Shown here in pieces: positions 28,510-37,101 of a DNA stretch of 64,000 nt. This DNA is from Phycisphaerales bacterium UBA7812 (GTDB lineage: Bacteria; Planctomycetota; Phycisphaerae; Phycisphaerales; UBA1924): contig DLBY01000030.1 in NCBI GenBank assembly GCA_002480345.1, forward strand, positions 22,440 to 86,439. The letters are read 5' to 3'. Numbering within the stretch: position 1 is the stretch's first letter; each line of letters starts with the position of its first letter. The position numbers were made by a program, and so were the translations under genes. The notes below the pieces were generated by a model. It did no database searches and had not been told where the DNA came from. It saw only the letters and a program-made list of their open reading frames with translations.

Positions 28510-28595
28510 GATTCGGTTCCTTTCTCTTGCGATTCTCTCGTCTTTGGTGTTCGGAATTCGGAGTTCGGGCCGGCATCGCCGGCCCATCCGTGTTC

Positions 28596-29573
28596 TCAGC
28601 GTTTCATCTCCGCGCGTCGGAAGATCGCGCTCACCGAGCGGTCCTCGTGGATCCGCCGGATCGCATCGCCCAGGAGCGGGCCCACACTCAGTTCCACGAG
28701 CTTGTCACCGAGGGCCCGCTTCTTGTCGTCGGCAAGCGGGATCGTATCGGTCACGATGACCTTGGAGATCGGGGCGTCCGCGAGCCGCTCGGCACCGAGC
28801 CCGGCGAGAACGGGGTGCGTCGCCGCGACGATCACGCCCTTTGCGCCCTCGTCCATAACGAGCTGCGCCGCCTCGCAGACGGTGCCGCCCGTCGAGATCA
28901 TGTCATCGAACATGAGCACCGTCTTGCCCGCGACATCACCGATCAGGTTGCCCGTCTTGACTTCGGACCCACTCAGGCGCTGCTTGTTGATGATCGCCAG
29001 CCCGCCCCTGAGTTCCTGCGCCAGCCCCTCCGCGACCTTGACATTCCCGACATCCGGGCTCACGAGGCACAGGTCGCCCAGCTTGTCGCGGATCGATTCA
29101 AAGTAGTCGAGGAAGACCTCGGTCGCGGACAGGTGGTCCAGCGGAAGATCGAAGAACCCCTGGATCTGCGCCGCGTGCAGATCGATCGTGATCACCCGGT
29201 CCGCGCCGCTCGCGGTGATCATGTTCGCGACCAGCTTCGCGGTGATGGGCGTACGCCCCTCGCTCTTGCGGTCCTGCCGCGCGTAGCCGTAGTACGGGAT
29301 CACAAGAGTCATCCGCCTCGCCGACGCGCGGCGCAGGCAGTCGATGAAGATCAGCAACTCCATCAGGTTGTCGTTCACCGGTGCGCAGGTGGAGCTGATG
29401 ACGAAACAATCCCGCCCGCGAACATCCTCCTCGAGCTTGACGAGGAGTTCCCCGTCCGGGAAGACCTGGGTGCGCGCATCGCCCAGGGGAAGGCCCATGT
29501 GGCGGCACACCTTTTCGGCCAGCGGCTTGCTGTTCCGCCCCGCGAAGATCCGCATCCCGCGTGATTCGCCCAT
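28596..29573 (-). CDS. prs: Ribose-phosphate pyrophosphokinase
   Basis: Motifs: RIFAGRNSKPLAEKV, YYGYARQDRK, DLHAAQIQGFF, MFDDMISTGGT. The ATG lies 2 nt after the upstream gene's stop. Confidence 0.92.
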   Translation of the reverse strand: MGESRGMRIFAGRNSKPLAEKVCRHMGLPLGDARTQVFPDGELLVKLEEDVRGRDCFVISSTCAPVNDNLMELLIFIDCLRRASARRMTLVIPYYGYARQDRKSEGRTPITAKLVANMITASGADRVITIDLHAAQIQGFFDLPLDHLSATEVFLDYFESIRDKLGDLCLVSPDVGNVKVAEGLAQELRGGLAIINKQRLSGSEVKTGNLIGDVAGKTVLMFDDMISTGGTVCEAAQLVMDEGAKGVIVAATHPVLAGLGAERLADAPISKVIVTDTIPLADDKKRALGDKLVELSVGPLLGDAIRRIHEDRSVSAIFRRAEMKR

Positions 29574-29575
29574 GG

Positions 29576-30382
29576 TCAGCCTCCCTTTCCGCCGCTCGCG
29601 TCCGCGTGCCGGGCGCGGTAGATCGCGTCGACCTCCGCAAGGTGCCCGGGCGTGTTGATGCTGAGGATGTCCTCGGGGGGCACCGCGTCGATCACCTCGA
29701 CCCGCTCGCCCGCCCGCAGCAAAAGCTCGGGCACATCGGTGATGTAGTACTCGCCGCTCACCTCGTTTCGCTCGACCTTCTCGAGCGCAGAGAACAGGTG
29801 CGGAACGCTGAAGCAGTAGTAGCTCGGGTTCACCTCGCGGATCGCCAGTTCCGTCTCCGTCGCGTTCTTCTGTTCAACGATCCGGAGGAACGCGCCCGCA
29901 TCGTCGCGCACGATCCGCCCGTACCCAGTCGGATCGTCGATCACGCTCGTCGCGAGCGCCGCCGCGGCACCCGCGTCCCGATGCCGCGCCAGCAGCGTCC
30001 GGAGCGTCTCGGGACGGATCAGCGGCCCGTCCCCTGCGAGCACGAACGCGTCGTGCGGATCGCCCGAGCCGAGCACATCCTCGTACGCGTCGCGGGCGCA
30101 GGCGACCGCATGCCCCGTGCCGTGCTGCTCGCTCTGGACCGCGAATTCGACGGCGTCCCCGAACCCGCTCAGCGCGTCGCGGACGAGTTCCTGCTTGTAG
30201 CCCACCACCGCCACGACCCGCTCGCAACCCGCCTCGAGGCACGCGTCCACCACGGCGCAGACCATGGGCCGCCCGCCCACTTCGTGGCAGACCTTGGGCA
30301 GATCGCTCTGCATGCGCGTGCCTTTGCCCGCCGCGAGGACGATCGCCGAGAGACCCCGTTGTCCGTTGGTGCTGCCTGCCAT
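29576..30382 (-). CDS. GlmU-like N-terminal nucleotidyltransferase domain only (UDP-GlcNAc pyrophosphorylase-like; no left-handed beta-helix acetyltransferase domain)
   Basis: Contains LSAIVLAAGKGTRMQSDLPKVCHEVGGRPM and QSEQHGTGHAV. About 268 aa, ending just before prs. An alternative GTG start lies at 30391. Confidence 0.75.
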   Translation of the reverse strand: MAGSTNGQRGLSAIVLAAGKGTRMQSDLPKVCHEVGGRPMVCAVVDACLEAGCERVVAVVGYKQELVRDALSGFGDAVEFAVQSEQHGTGHAVACARDAYEDVLGSGDPHDAFVLAGDGPLIRPETLRTLLARHRDAGAAAALATSVIDDPTGYGRIVRDDAGAFLRIVEQKNATETELAIREVNPSYYCFSVPHLFSALEKVERNEVSGEYYITDVPELLLRAGERVEVIDAVPPEDILSINTPGHLAEVDAIYRARHADASGGKGG

Positions 30383-30412
30383 GCTCAGCACGGCTCAGCC
30401 CGCCGCGTCGAA

Positions 30413-30484
30413 TTTCCCCGCAAGGACTCGAACCTTGACTAGATGTACCAAAAACACCTGTGCTGCCAATTACACCACGGGGAA
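30413..30484 (-). tRNA. tRNA-Gln (anticodon TTG)
   Basis: Minus strand reads TTCCCCGTGGTGTAATTGGCAGCACAGGTGTTTTTGGTACATCTAGTCAAGGTTCGAGTCCTTGCGGGGAAA. It folds as a cloverleaf by hand with anticodon loop TTTTGGT. Confidence 0.85.
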
Positions 30485-30871
30485 GTCGTTTTCGGTGACG
30501 CGGGGGGCTGAGCCGACTCCTGCTTTCAAGGCCGACGAGAACGCCGGCGATGCATCCGAACCTGCTGCGCGGTCCGGACGACCCCACACCCGTCCGAGGG
30601 CGAGGCATCGCAGGAGCCGCGGCACGACGCGGGATCTCGGCACGCGCCGAGACCCGCTTGGAACAGCACCCCCCGCTGCCGCGTGGGTCCGATTCGAGAA
30701 CCGGTCCCCGCCGGGAAGCACCTGCCCACGCCTCGGGCCCGCCGCAGCCGCGACGAGACCGTCCGTCATGGGCGGTTCCGCATGAGCATCGAGTTTAGGT
30801 CGCCTGTCGGGACGGGACCAGCGGCCCGCTCCCCGGGACGGTCGATGCCCCAACCCGCTGCGACCCCCGCT

Positions 30872-31819
30872 TCAATCCCTCTTCAGGGGACGGGCGGTGG
30901 CGCGCGGACGCGCCTTGGGCCGTTCGGGCTCGGCCTGTTTCTGTTCGGGCTCCGGCTGGGCCTGGGCCTCCGCCTCTCGACTCGGCGGATCTTCGGACCC
31001 CACATCAGGGTCGTCCGCCTCGATCGCGTCCCGCCCGATCAGGTCGTAGCAGGTCGCGAGCAGCCCGACAAGCGGAAACCGGCTCTCCTGGAACGGGCTG
31101 GGCCCCAACCGACGCAGCAGCGGATGGCTGACCTCGGGAGGTTCCACCGGGACGCTCGGCATCGGCCCGCGCCTCGGCGCGCGCCAGAAACCCTGCACCG
31201 ACTGCTCGAGTGATGGCGCGGGCGTGTCGCTCAGGCCCGAGACATGCGCGGCGTAGACCGGCTGCGGGCCCGGCCCGAGGGTCGCCATCGCGCGCACATC
31301 GCGCAGCCCCTCGACGAGATGGTCACGCGGGATGCCCCTCAGTTCGAACACGAGGAACGGATCATCGGCAAGCTTCTCTCCGAGCAGCGCCGCGACACAC
31401 ACCGCGTGCTTGCACCAGGGCTTGTTCTCCTCCTTGCACGAGCACGAAAGCTCGATGTCTTCCTCGCTCGAAGGAAACAGGTGGAGCCCGATGGGAACGA
31501 ACACATCCTCGATGCTGGGGGGCAATTCGCCCGCGAGCAGCTTCGCCGCGTACCTCGACTGATCACCCAGCGCCTGGATGACCTGCGCCGCCTCCTCGTG
31601 CGAATACGCGGGGAGGCTGACCGAAGTCGCGTAGGGCCTGCTCCGCCGGCCCTGCACCGACGCTTCCGCTTTCCCGCCCTCGAAGCTGATCCGCCTTGTC
31701 TGCCCGCCGCGGGCGTACTCCAGACCCTCTTTCAGCGTCTCTCCGTCGGCCGCCTGCTCACAGATGCGCCAGAGCCTCTGCTCGGCCCACGCATCCGGAT
31801 CCCCTTCCTTGCGCTTCAT
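30872..31819 (-). CDS. SWIM zinc-finger protein (SNF2-associated)
   Basis: ATG at 31819. SWIM motif CSCKEENKPWCKHAVCVAALL. Sits immediately downstream of the SNF2 helicase gene on the same strand. Confidence 0.75.
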   Translation of the reverse strand: MKRKEGDPDAWAEQRLWRICEQAADGETLKEGLEYARGGQTRRISFEGGKAEASVQGRRSRPYATSVSLPAYSHEEAAQVIQALGDQSRYAAKLLAGELPPSIEDVFVPIGLHLFPSSEEDIELSCSCKEENKPWCKHAVCVAALLGEKLADDPFLVFELRGIPRDHLVEGLRDVRAMATLGPGPQPVYAAHVSGLSDTPAPSLEQSVQGFWRAPRRGPMPSVPVEPPEVSHPLLRRLGPSPFQESRFPLVGLLATCYDLIGRDAIEADDPDVGSEDPPSREAEAQAQPEPEQKQAEPERPKARPRATARPLKRD

Positions 31820-31938
31820 GCGCACGCCGCCGCGCACGCGCCTGGGGTTCTGGGGGAGCTTCGTCTCCCGGCGGTACGGGCCCTCGGGCTTGCCCGCCGC
31901 GCCGGTGGTCCCGGGCTTCTTGGCATCGTCCGCGGCGC

Positions 31939-34900
31939 TCAAATCTCGTCTCCGATCGCGTCGGCGCGCAGGGTCAGGATGTCGCGGAGCTGGCTGGTAT
32001 CGAGCTCGGTGAGCCAGCGCTCGCCGGCACCGATGATGTTCTCCGCGAGTTCGGTCTTCGCCTCGATCATCTCGTCGATCCGCTCCTCGAGCGTGCCCCG
32101 GACGACGAACTTGTGCACATGCACCGTGCGGGTCTGCCCGATCCGGTACGCACGGTCCGTCGCCTGGTTCTCCACAGCGGGGTTCCACCAGCGGTCGAAG
32201 TGGAACACATGCGTCGCGGCGGTGAGGTTCAGGCCCACGCCGCCCGCCTTCAGGCTCACGATGAGGATCGGGACATCACCCTGGGGGTTCTGGAATTCCT
32301 CGACCATCTTCTCGCGCGCTTTCTGCGGCGTCCCGCCGTGCAGGAAAAGCACGCCCCGCCCCAGGTGCTGGCGCAGCATCGCGGCGAGCAGATGCCCCAT
32401 CTGCCTGAACTGGGTGAAGATGAGGCAGCGTTCACCCTCGCTGAGCACCTCGTCGACCATCTCCATGAGGCGGGTGCACTTTCCGCTCCGCGAGGGGTTG
32501 GGCGCCCCGCCGCCCTCGCCCACGGTCTCCTTGAGCAGCTGCGCCGGGTGATTGCAGATCTGCTTGAGCTTGATCAGCGCCGCAAGGACGAGACCACGCC
32601 TGTGGATCCCCTCGCTCTCCTCCACCGCGTGCAGCATCCGGTTCACGCAGTTCTCGTACAGCTCCGCCTGCTCGCTGGTCAGGTGCGTGTATTCGCGCGT
32701 CTCCAGCTTCTCGGGGAGGTCGGCCGCGATCGTCGGGTCGGTCTTCGTGCGCCGCAGGATGAACGGGCGGACAAGCCCCCTGAGCTGCTCGCTACGGGTC
32801 TGATCGCGGTACCGCTCGATGGGCTGGCTGAACCGCTTCCGGAATTCCCCGCTCGACCCCAGGAAGCCGGGATTGAGAAACTCCATGATCGACCAGAGCT
32901 CGCTGAGGCGGTTCTCAACGGGCGTGCCCGTCAACGCGATCCGCTTGTCCGCGTTCAGCGAGCGGATCGCGACCGACTGCTTGGCCGCAGGGTTCTTGAT
33001 GAACTGCGCCTCGTCGACGACCAGCCGGCCCCAATGGACACGCTCGAGCAGCTCCCGGTCCCGGTTCGCGAGCGCGAATGTCGTGATCACACAGTCGTGC
33101 GAGCTCGCGGCCTCGACGAGCTCGTCGCCCTGCTTGCGGTCCAGCCCGTGGTGGACCAGCACCCGGAGGTCGGGCGCGAACCGCTGGGCCTCCTTGAGCC
33201 AGTTGCCGACGACCGACATCGGCACGACGAGCAGGGTCGGACGCACCGTCTCGCCCTGCCCTTTCGCGACCTCTCGCTCGTGGGTCAGCAGCGCGAGCAG
33301 TTGCACCGTCTTGCCGAGGCCCATGTCGTCCGCGAGGCAGCACCCGAACCCGAACTGCTCGAGGAACGCCATCCACGAGAGGCCCCGCGCTTGGTACGGC
33401 CGCAGCGTGCCTCGGAAATTGTCGGGCGCATCGATCTCGGGGAGCGTCGTCCGGACGGGGTTGCCCTGCTCGTCTTTCCCACCTCCGAGGATCGAGGACA
33501 CCCACCCCGTCGCCTCGACACCCAGCACATGGAGCCCGATCTTCTTCGCGTCGGCGCCGAAGGCCATGCGCAGCGCTTCGCCCAGCGCCATCTCCCCGCC
33601 GGGGTTGGTGCGGATGAACTCCACCGCGGCCTCGACATCCTCGGGGCGGATCTCCACCCACCGGCCATCGATGCGCACCAGCGGTTGCTTCTGCGATGCG
33701 AGCTGCTCGAACTCGTGGAGGCTCAGCGTCGTGCCGCCCACCGCGATATCCCACTGGTAGCCGACGAGCGAAGTGAGCCCGAGCCTGGGTGCCGCGGCGT
33801 CCGCCGAGCCTTCGGCGCCCTCGAAATCCATGTCCTCGCTCTCGATGCGGAGCCTCGCACCGAGACGCCCGACGGGTGAATCCCACCACGCCGGCGTTTC
33901 GACCGCGAACCCCGATTCGAGCAGGATGGGCTTGATCTCGCGGAGGAAGGTGTACGCCTCCTTGGTCTCGAGCAGCACCTCGATGGGCTCCGCTTCGTCG
34001 AGCGCCCGCTCGAGCGGCGGGCAGTACCGGCTGGCGCGCCCCAACTCCGCGAGCAGCAGCTCGGGAGGCGAATCGAGCTGCAGACCCTCCACGATCACGC
34101 TGTCCCGACCGAACGACCAGATATCCACCGCATCGACGACCACATGCTCGTTCTCGGTGTTCTGCAGATGGAGGCTCAGCGACCAGCGGACGCTGTCGGG
34201 CGGGGGACCGTCGACGCCCTCGAGCGCCTCTTCCAGAGGCTCGTTGAGCCGAAGCAGCAAACGCCAGGTCGTGCTCTGCCCCTGCTCCTCGAGCGATCCC
34301 ACCCAACGCCGGATCCGGCGCGTCATCTCCGAACGGGTGGGCTCCACGGCACGGACCGCGTGCTCCTCGCCAAGCAGCCCGCTGAGCCAGGCGATCTGCA
34401 CATCCGTCGGGTCGCGCCCGTCGATGGTGTCGGTCATCTCCTCGCGGATGAGCGTCGCCCGGCACGCGGTGTCGATGAACCCATCGAGCACGCTCTGGAT
34501 GATCGCCCATCCGTCATGCTCGCTGTCGTCGATCGCGGCGCGGGCCGCGGGGGGCATGAGCGCCGCGAGGGCGAGCACCCGTTCCTTGGTCGCCCCGTCG
34601 CCCAGCCAGGCCATCCAGCCTCCGCTCAGATCCGCCTGATCCTGGTAGAGCATGGGGAGGAATCGTTGCTGCGCGAGCAGGTGGTGCGCGAGGACCCCGA
34701 GTGTCGCGTAGAACTCGATCGTCTCCCCAACCACAACGCGGTCGCCCCCGCCCGCCTCGTTCTCGCGCTCGAGAAGGGCATCGAAGACCGCCCGGTACCG
34801 ATCGAAGGGCACCTCGACCGCATCGACCGTGACCTCGCGGAGCGTCAGCCCACCCCCGTTCTCATCGTCGGAGATCGGAGAGAGCGTTTCAGCGTCCAGC

Positions 34901-35178
34901 CCCGTTTCGAAGGCCAGTTGCTCACTCGGGAGCACACGCGACGCGCCGCCCTCCGCGGGGAGGAGGAGCCGAACACGACGGGAGCCGCCCGCCTGATCAC
35001 CGACAACGGAGGCCAGGCGATCCGCGCCGATCGAGAAGGCGTGTTCGTCCGATTCGCCCCCCCCACCCGCGGCCCTCAACGCACCCGCGGATTCGCCCCA
35101 GACGAGCACGGTTCGATCCGAAAAGCACGCGTGCAGCACGAGCGTGTCTGCTTGGAGCACCGCCCCGCTGTCGGTCAT
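31939..35178 (-). CDS. SNF2-family DEAD/DEAH-box helicase with a long N-terminal SNF2-associated region
   Basis: ATG at 35178 preceded by AAGGAGG. Motif I LADDMGLGKT, motif II VVDEAQFIKN, motif III LTGTPVENRL, C-terminal helicase lobe FSQF...LKAGGVGLNLTAATHVFHFDRWWNPAVENQATDRAYRIGQ. Confidence 0.9.
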   Translation of the reverse strand: MTDSGAVLQADTLVLHACFSDRTVLVWGESAGALRAAGGGGESDEHAFSIGADRLASVVGDQAGGSRRVRLLLPAEGGASRVLPSEQLAFETGLDAETLSPISDDENGGGLTLREVTVDAVEVPFDRYRAVFDALLERENEAGGGDRVVVGETIEFYATLGVLAHHLLAQQRFLPMLYQDQADLSGGWMAWLGDGATKERVLALAALMPPAARAAIDDSEHDGWAIIQSVLDGFIDTACRATLIREEMTDTIDGRDPTDVQIAWLSGLLGEEHAVRAVEPTRSEMTRRIRRWVGSLEEQGQSTTWRLLLRLNEPLEEALEGVDGPPPDSVRWSLSLHLQNTENEHVVVDAVDIWSFGRDSVIVEGLQLDSPPELLLAELGRASRYCPPLERALDEAEPIEVLLETKEAYTFLREIKPILLESGFAVETPAWWDSPVGRLGARLRIESEDMDFEGAEGSADAAAPRLGLTSLVGYQWDIAVGGTTLSLHEFEQLASQKQPLVRIDGRWVEIRPEDVEAAVEFIRTNPGGEMALGEALRMAFGADAKKIGLHVLGVEATGWVSSILGGGKDEQGNPVRTTLPEIDAPDNFRGTLRPYQARGLSWMAFLEQFGFGCCLADDMGLGKTVQLLALLTHEREVAKGQGETVRPTLLVVPMSVVGNWLKEAQRFAPDLRVLVHHGLDRKQGDELVEAASSHDCVITTFALANRDRELLERVHWGRLVVDEAQFIKNPAAKQSVAIRSLNADKRIALTGTPVENRLSELWSIMEFLNPGFLGSSGEFRKRFSQPIERYRDQTRSEQLRGLVRPFILRRTKTDPTIAADLPEKLETREYTHLTSEQAELYENCVNRMLHAVEESEGIHRRGLVLAALIKLKQICNHPAQLLKETVGEGGGAPNPSRSGKCTRLMEMVDEVLSEGERCLIFTQFRQMGHLLAAMLRQHLGRGVLFLHGGTPQKAREKMVEEFQNPQGDVPILIVSLKAGGVGLNLTAATHVFHFDRWWNPAVENQATDRAYRIGQTRTVHVHKFVVRGTLEERIDEMIEAKTELAENIIGAGERWLTELDTSQLRDILTLRADAIGDEI

Positions 35179-35299
35179 GCGTCGATCCCTCCTTGGTGCA
35201 CGATTCCCGAAGGCGTCCTTTCGGAGCGGGCCCGGACCCGCCCCCCGGGCCCGCCGTGCCCGTCTGCCGAGGCACCGGGAACGCGTCCCGGCGTTCAAA

Positions 35300-35372
35300 T
35301 AGGGGCGGAGGGACTCGAACCCCCGACCAATGGATTAAAAGTCCACTGCTCTACCGACTGAGCTACGCCCCC
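35300..35372 (-). tRNA. tRNA-Lys (anticodon TTT)
   Basis: Minus strand reads GGGGGCGTAGCTCAGTCGGTAGAGCAGTGGACTTTTAATCCATTGGTCGGGGGTTCGAGTCCCTCCGCCCCTA. Anticodon loop is CTTTTAA. Confidence 0.9.
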
Positions 35373-35424
35373 GGGGACCGGGACAATAGGACCTCCCCGG
35401 GCTCATCGCCCACTTTTCGATCGA

Positions 35425-37089
35425 TCAGGATTGCCGGTTTCGCGAGGGGACAAGCTTCGCGAACGCGAGGACCGCGATGCCCGCGAGCGCGAACGCGATC
35501 GCCGCGAAAACGACCAACCGCTCGACCCGCCCGAGGGTCTCGTCCACGAACTCCGTGCTCAGCCCGAGGACGGGCTCGATCCGCCTCGAGAGCTCGTCGG
35601 GCTCGGTTGCTGTTTGCATGCTCGCCAGCACCGTGTTGACCTCGGTCAACGCCGACTCCGCGGAGCGCAACGCTTCCGTGTACTCCGTGATGTCAAAGGG
35701 CCGGCCCGGCTCTGCCCCGGGGTCTTCCTCACCCCCGCTCTCCTGCGCGCGCGCGATCATCGACTCGACCGATTTCACGACGGTGTCCGCCGCGCCGAGC
35801 GTGGACTCGGTCGCTTCGAGCAGCGTCTGCCCTTCGACGACGATCGAGTTCGCGTCCGAGGTGACGGTCCGGATCGAATCGATGGTCGCCCTCGTCTCAT
35901 CCAGCAGCGCCTTGAGCGAGGCCTCGTTCTCGACGAGATCCCGGATCAACGCCTCGCGCTGCGCGCCGAGCTCTGTCGGGAGCGTTTCGGCAACGCTCGT
36001 CGCCCGGTCCGCGACGCGGACCGCCTCGTTCGTTGAGTCGATGAGCCCGGAGACCTCCGTCGTCGCCAGCGTGTCGAGCACGATCGCCTCGGCGCGCCAC
36101 TGGGCGAGGATCATCAGGCGGGGCGTCAACCAGACCGCGCGCTCCGCGGTGATGTTCGCCTCGCTCAATGATTCCGTCGCGTCATCGATCGGCACGAACG
36201 CGTTCAGGAACTTGCCCGGGAGGTTTGTGACCCCGCCGAAAATCCCCTCGAACGCTGTCCCGGTGCCGTACCCCGCGAAATCGGTGATCCGGACATACCA
36301 GATCTCCGTCTGCGTCCCGTTCGCCTGCCACCAGCGATCGATGATCGCCAGGAGGTCGGCGCGTTGCTTCTCGGTCATCACCTGGGCCGCGAGTGTCCAG
36401 GCGCTGTCCTTGATCACCCGGGCGCGTTCGCGGATCAGCGGGTGATCATCCGGGAACTGCTGCTCGGCGTGCGACTCCGCGGCGTACCACTGGAGCGTCA
36501 CCAGCACGAGCATGTCCAGCACCGCCTGCCTCGGGTTGTCCTCCACCGCGATGTCGTACACCGCCGTGACCCCATCGATCTTGTACTGGTGCGCCAGCCG
36601 GCGCTGGTGCGGATCCGTCCGATTCGATTTGATCGTGTCGCAGGCAGACGCGATCTCGTTGCGGTATTGGTCCGCGAACGAGCGGAGGCGGCTCCGGACC
36701 TGCTGGGTCGTGAGCTTGGGTTTGCTCGCCGCGTCCGCCGCGGCGGGGGGCGTCACCGTCTGCGCGCGCGCCTCCGCCGGAACCGGGACCGCAACGCCCT
36801 CCGCGTCGTTCGACGGTGAAGCCGCGACGATGTCTCCGCCGCCGCTGCTGCCTTCGGGAGGATCCGAGTCACGCGTCCCGTTCGGGGTCTCCGGTACCGT
36901 CGCGGGGCCGGTCTCCTCCAGCGGCCGATTGCCCCGCCCGTTCTCCGACTCCGCCTCCGATGCTGACTCGCTGAGCGTGGGTCCGGAAGTTCCCTCGTCA
37001 AAGACCCCGCAGCCACTCGTCACCGCGATCGTCCCGAACGCCAGCACCCCCAACAGAACAACAAACCGACTCGCGAGCCTCTGCAGCAT
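35425..37089 (-). CDS. Hypothetical lipoprotein-like protein with coiled-coil region and C-terminal TM anchor
   Basis: ATG at 37089 lies 7 nt after AGGAGG, which overlaps the waaA stop. N-terminus MLQRLASRFVVLLGVLAFGTIAVTSGC is lipobox-like. C-terminal helix is VVFAAIAFALAGIAVLAFAKLV. Confidence 0.6.
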   Translation of the reverse strand: MLQRLASRFVVLLGVLAFGTIAVTSGCGVFDEGTSGPTLSESASEAESENGRGNRPLEETGPATVPETPNGTRDSDPPEGSSGGGDIVAASPSNDAEGVAVPVPAEARAQTVTPPAAADAASKPKLTTQQVRSRLRSFADQYRNEIASACDTIKSNRTDPHQRRLAHQYKIDGVTAVYDIAVEDNPRQAVLDMLVLVTLQWYAAESHAEQQFPDDHPLIRERARVIKDSAWTLAAQVMTEKQRADLLAIIDRWWQANGTQTEIWYVRITDFAGYGTGTAFEGIFGGVTNLPGKFLNAFVPIDDATESLSEANITAERAVWLTPRLMILAQWRAEAIVLDTLATTEVSGLIDSTNEAVRVADRATSVAETLPTELGAQREALIRDLVENEASLKALLDETRATIDSIRTVTSDANSIVVEGQTLLEATESTLGAADTVVKSVESMIARAQESGGEEDPGAEPGRPFDITEYTEALRSAESALTEVNTVLASMQTATEPDELSRRIEPVLGLSTEFVDETLGRVERLVVFAAIAFALAGIAVLAFAKLVPSRNRQS

Positions 37090-37101
37090 GGGCGCCACCT
37101 C

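Noticed and set aside
30413-35372. Possible genomic island delimited by tRNA-Gln and tRNA-Lys and carrying the SNF2/SWIM pair.
   Set aside because: There is no integrase, no partial tRNA 3'-end direct repeat (the only ...GGACTCGAAC... matches are the four intact tRNAs) and no visible compositional shift. tRNA adjacency alone does not support mobility.
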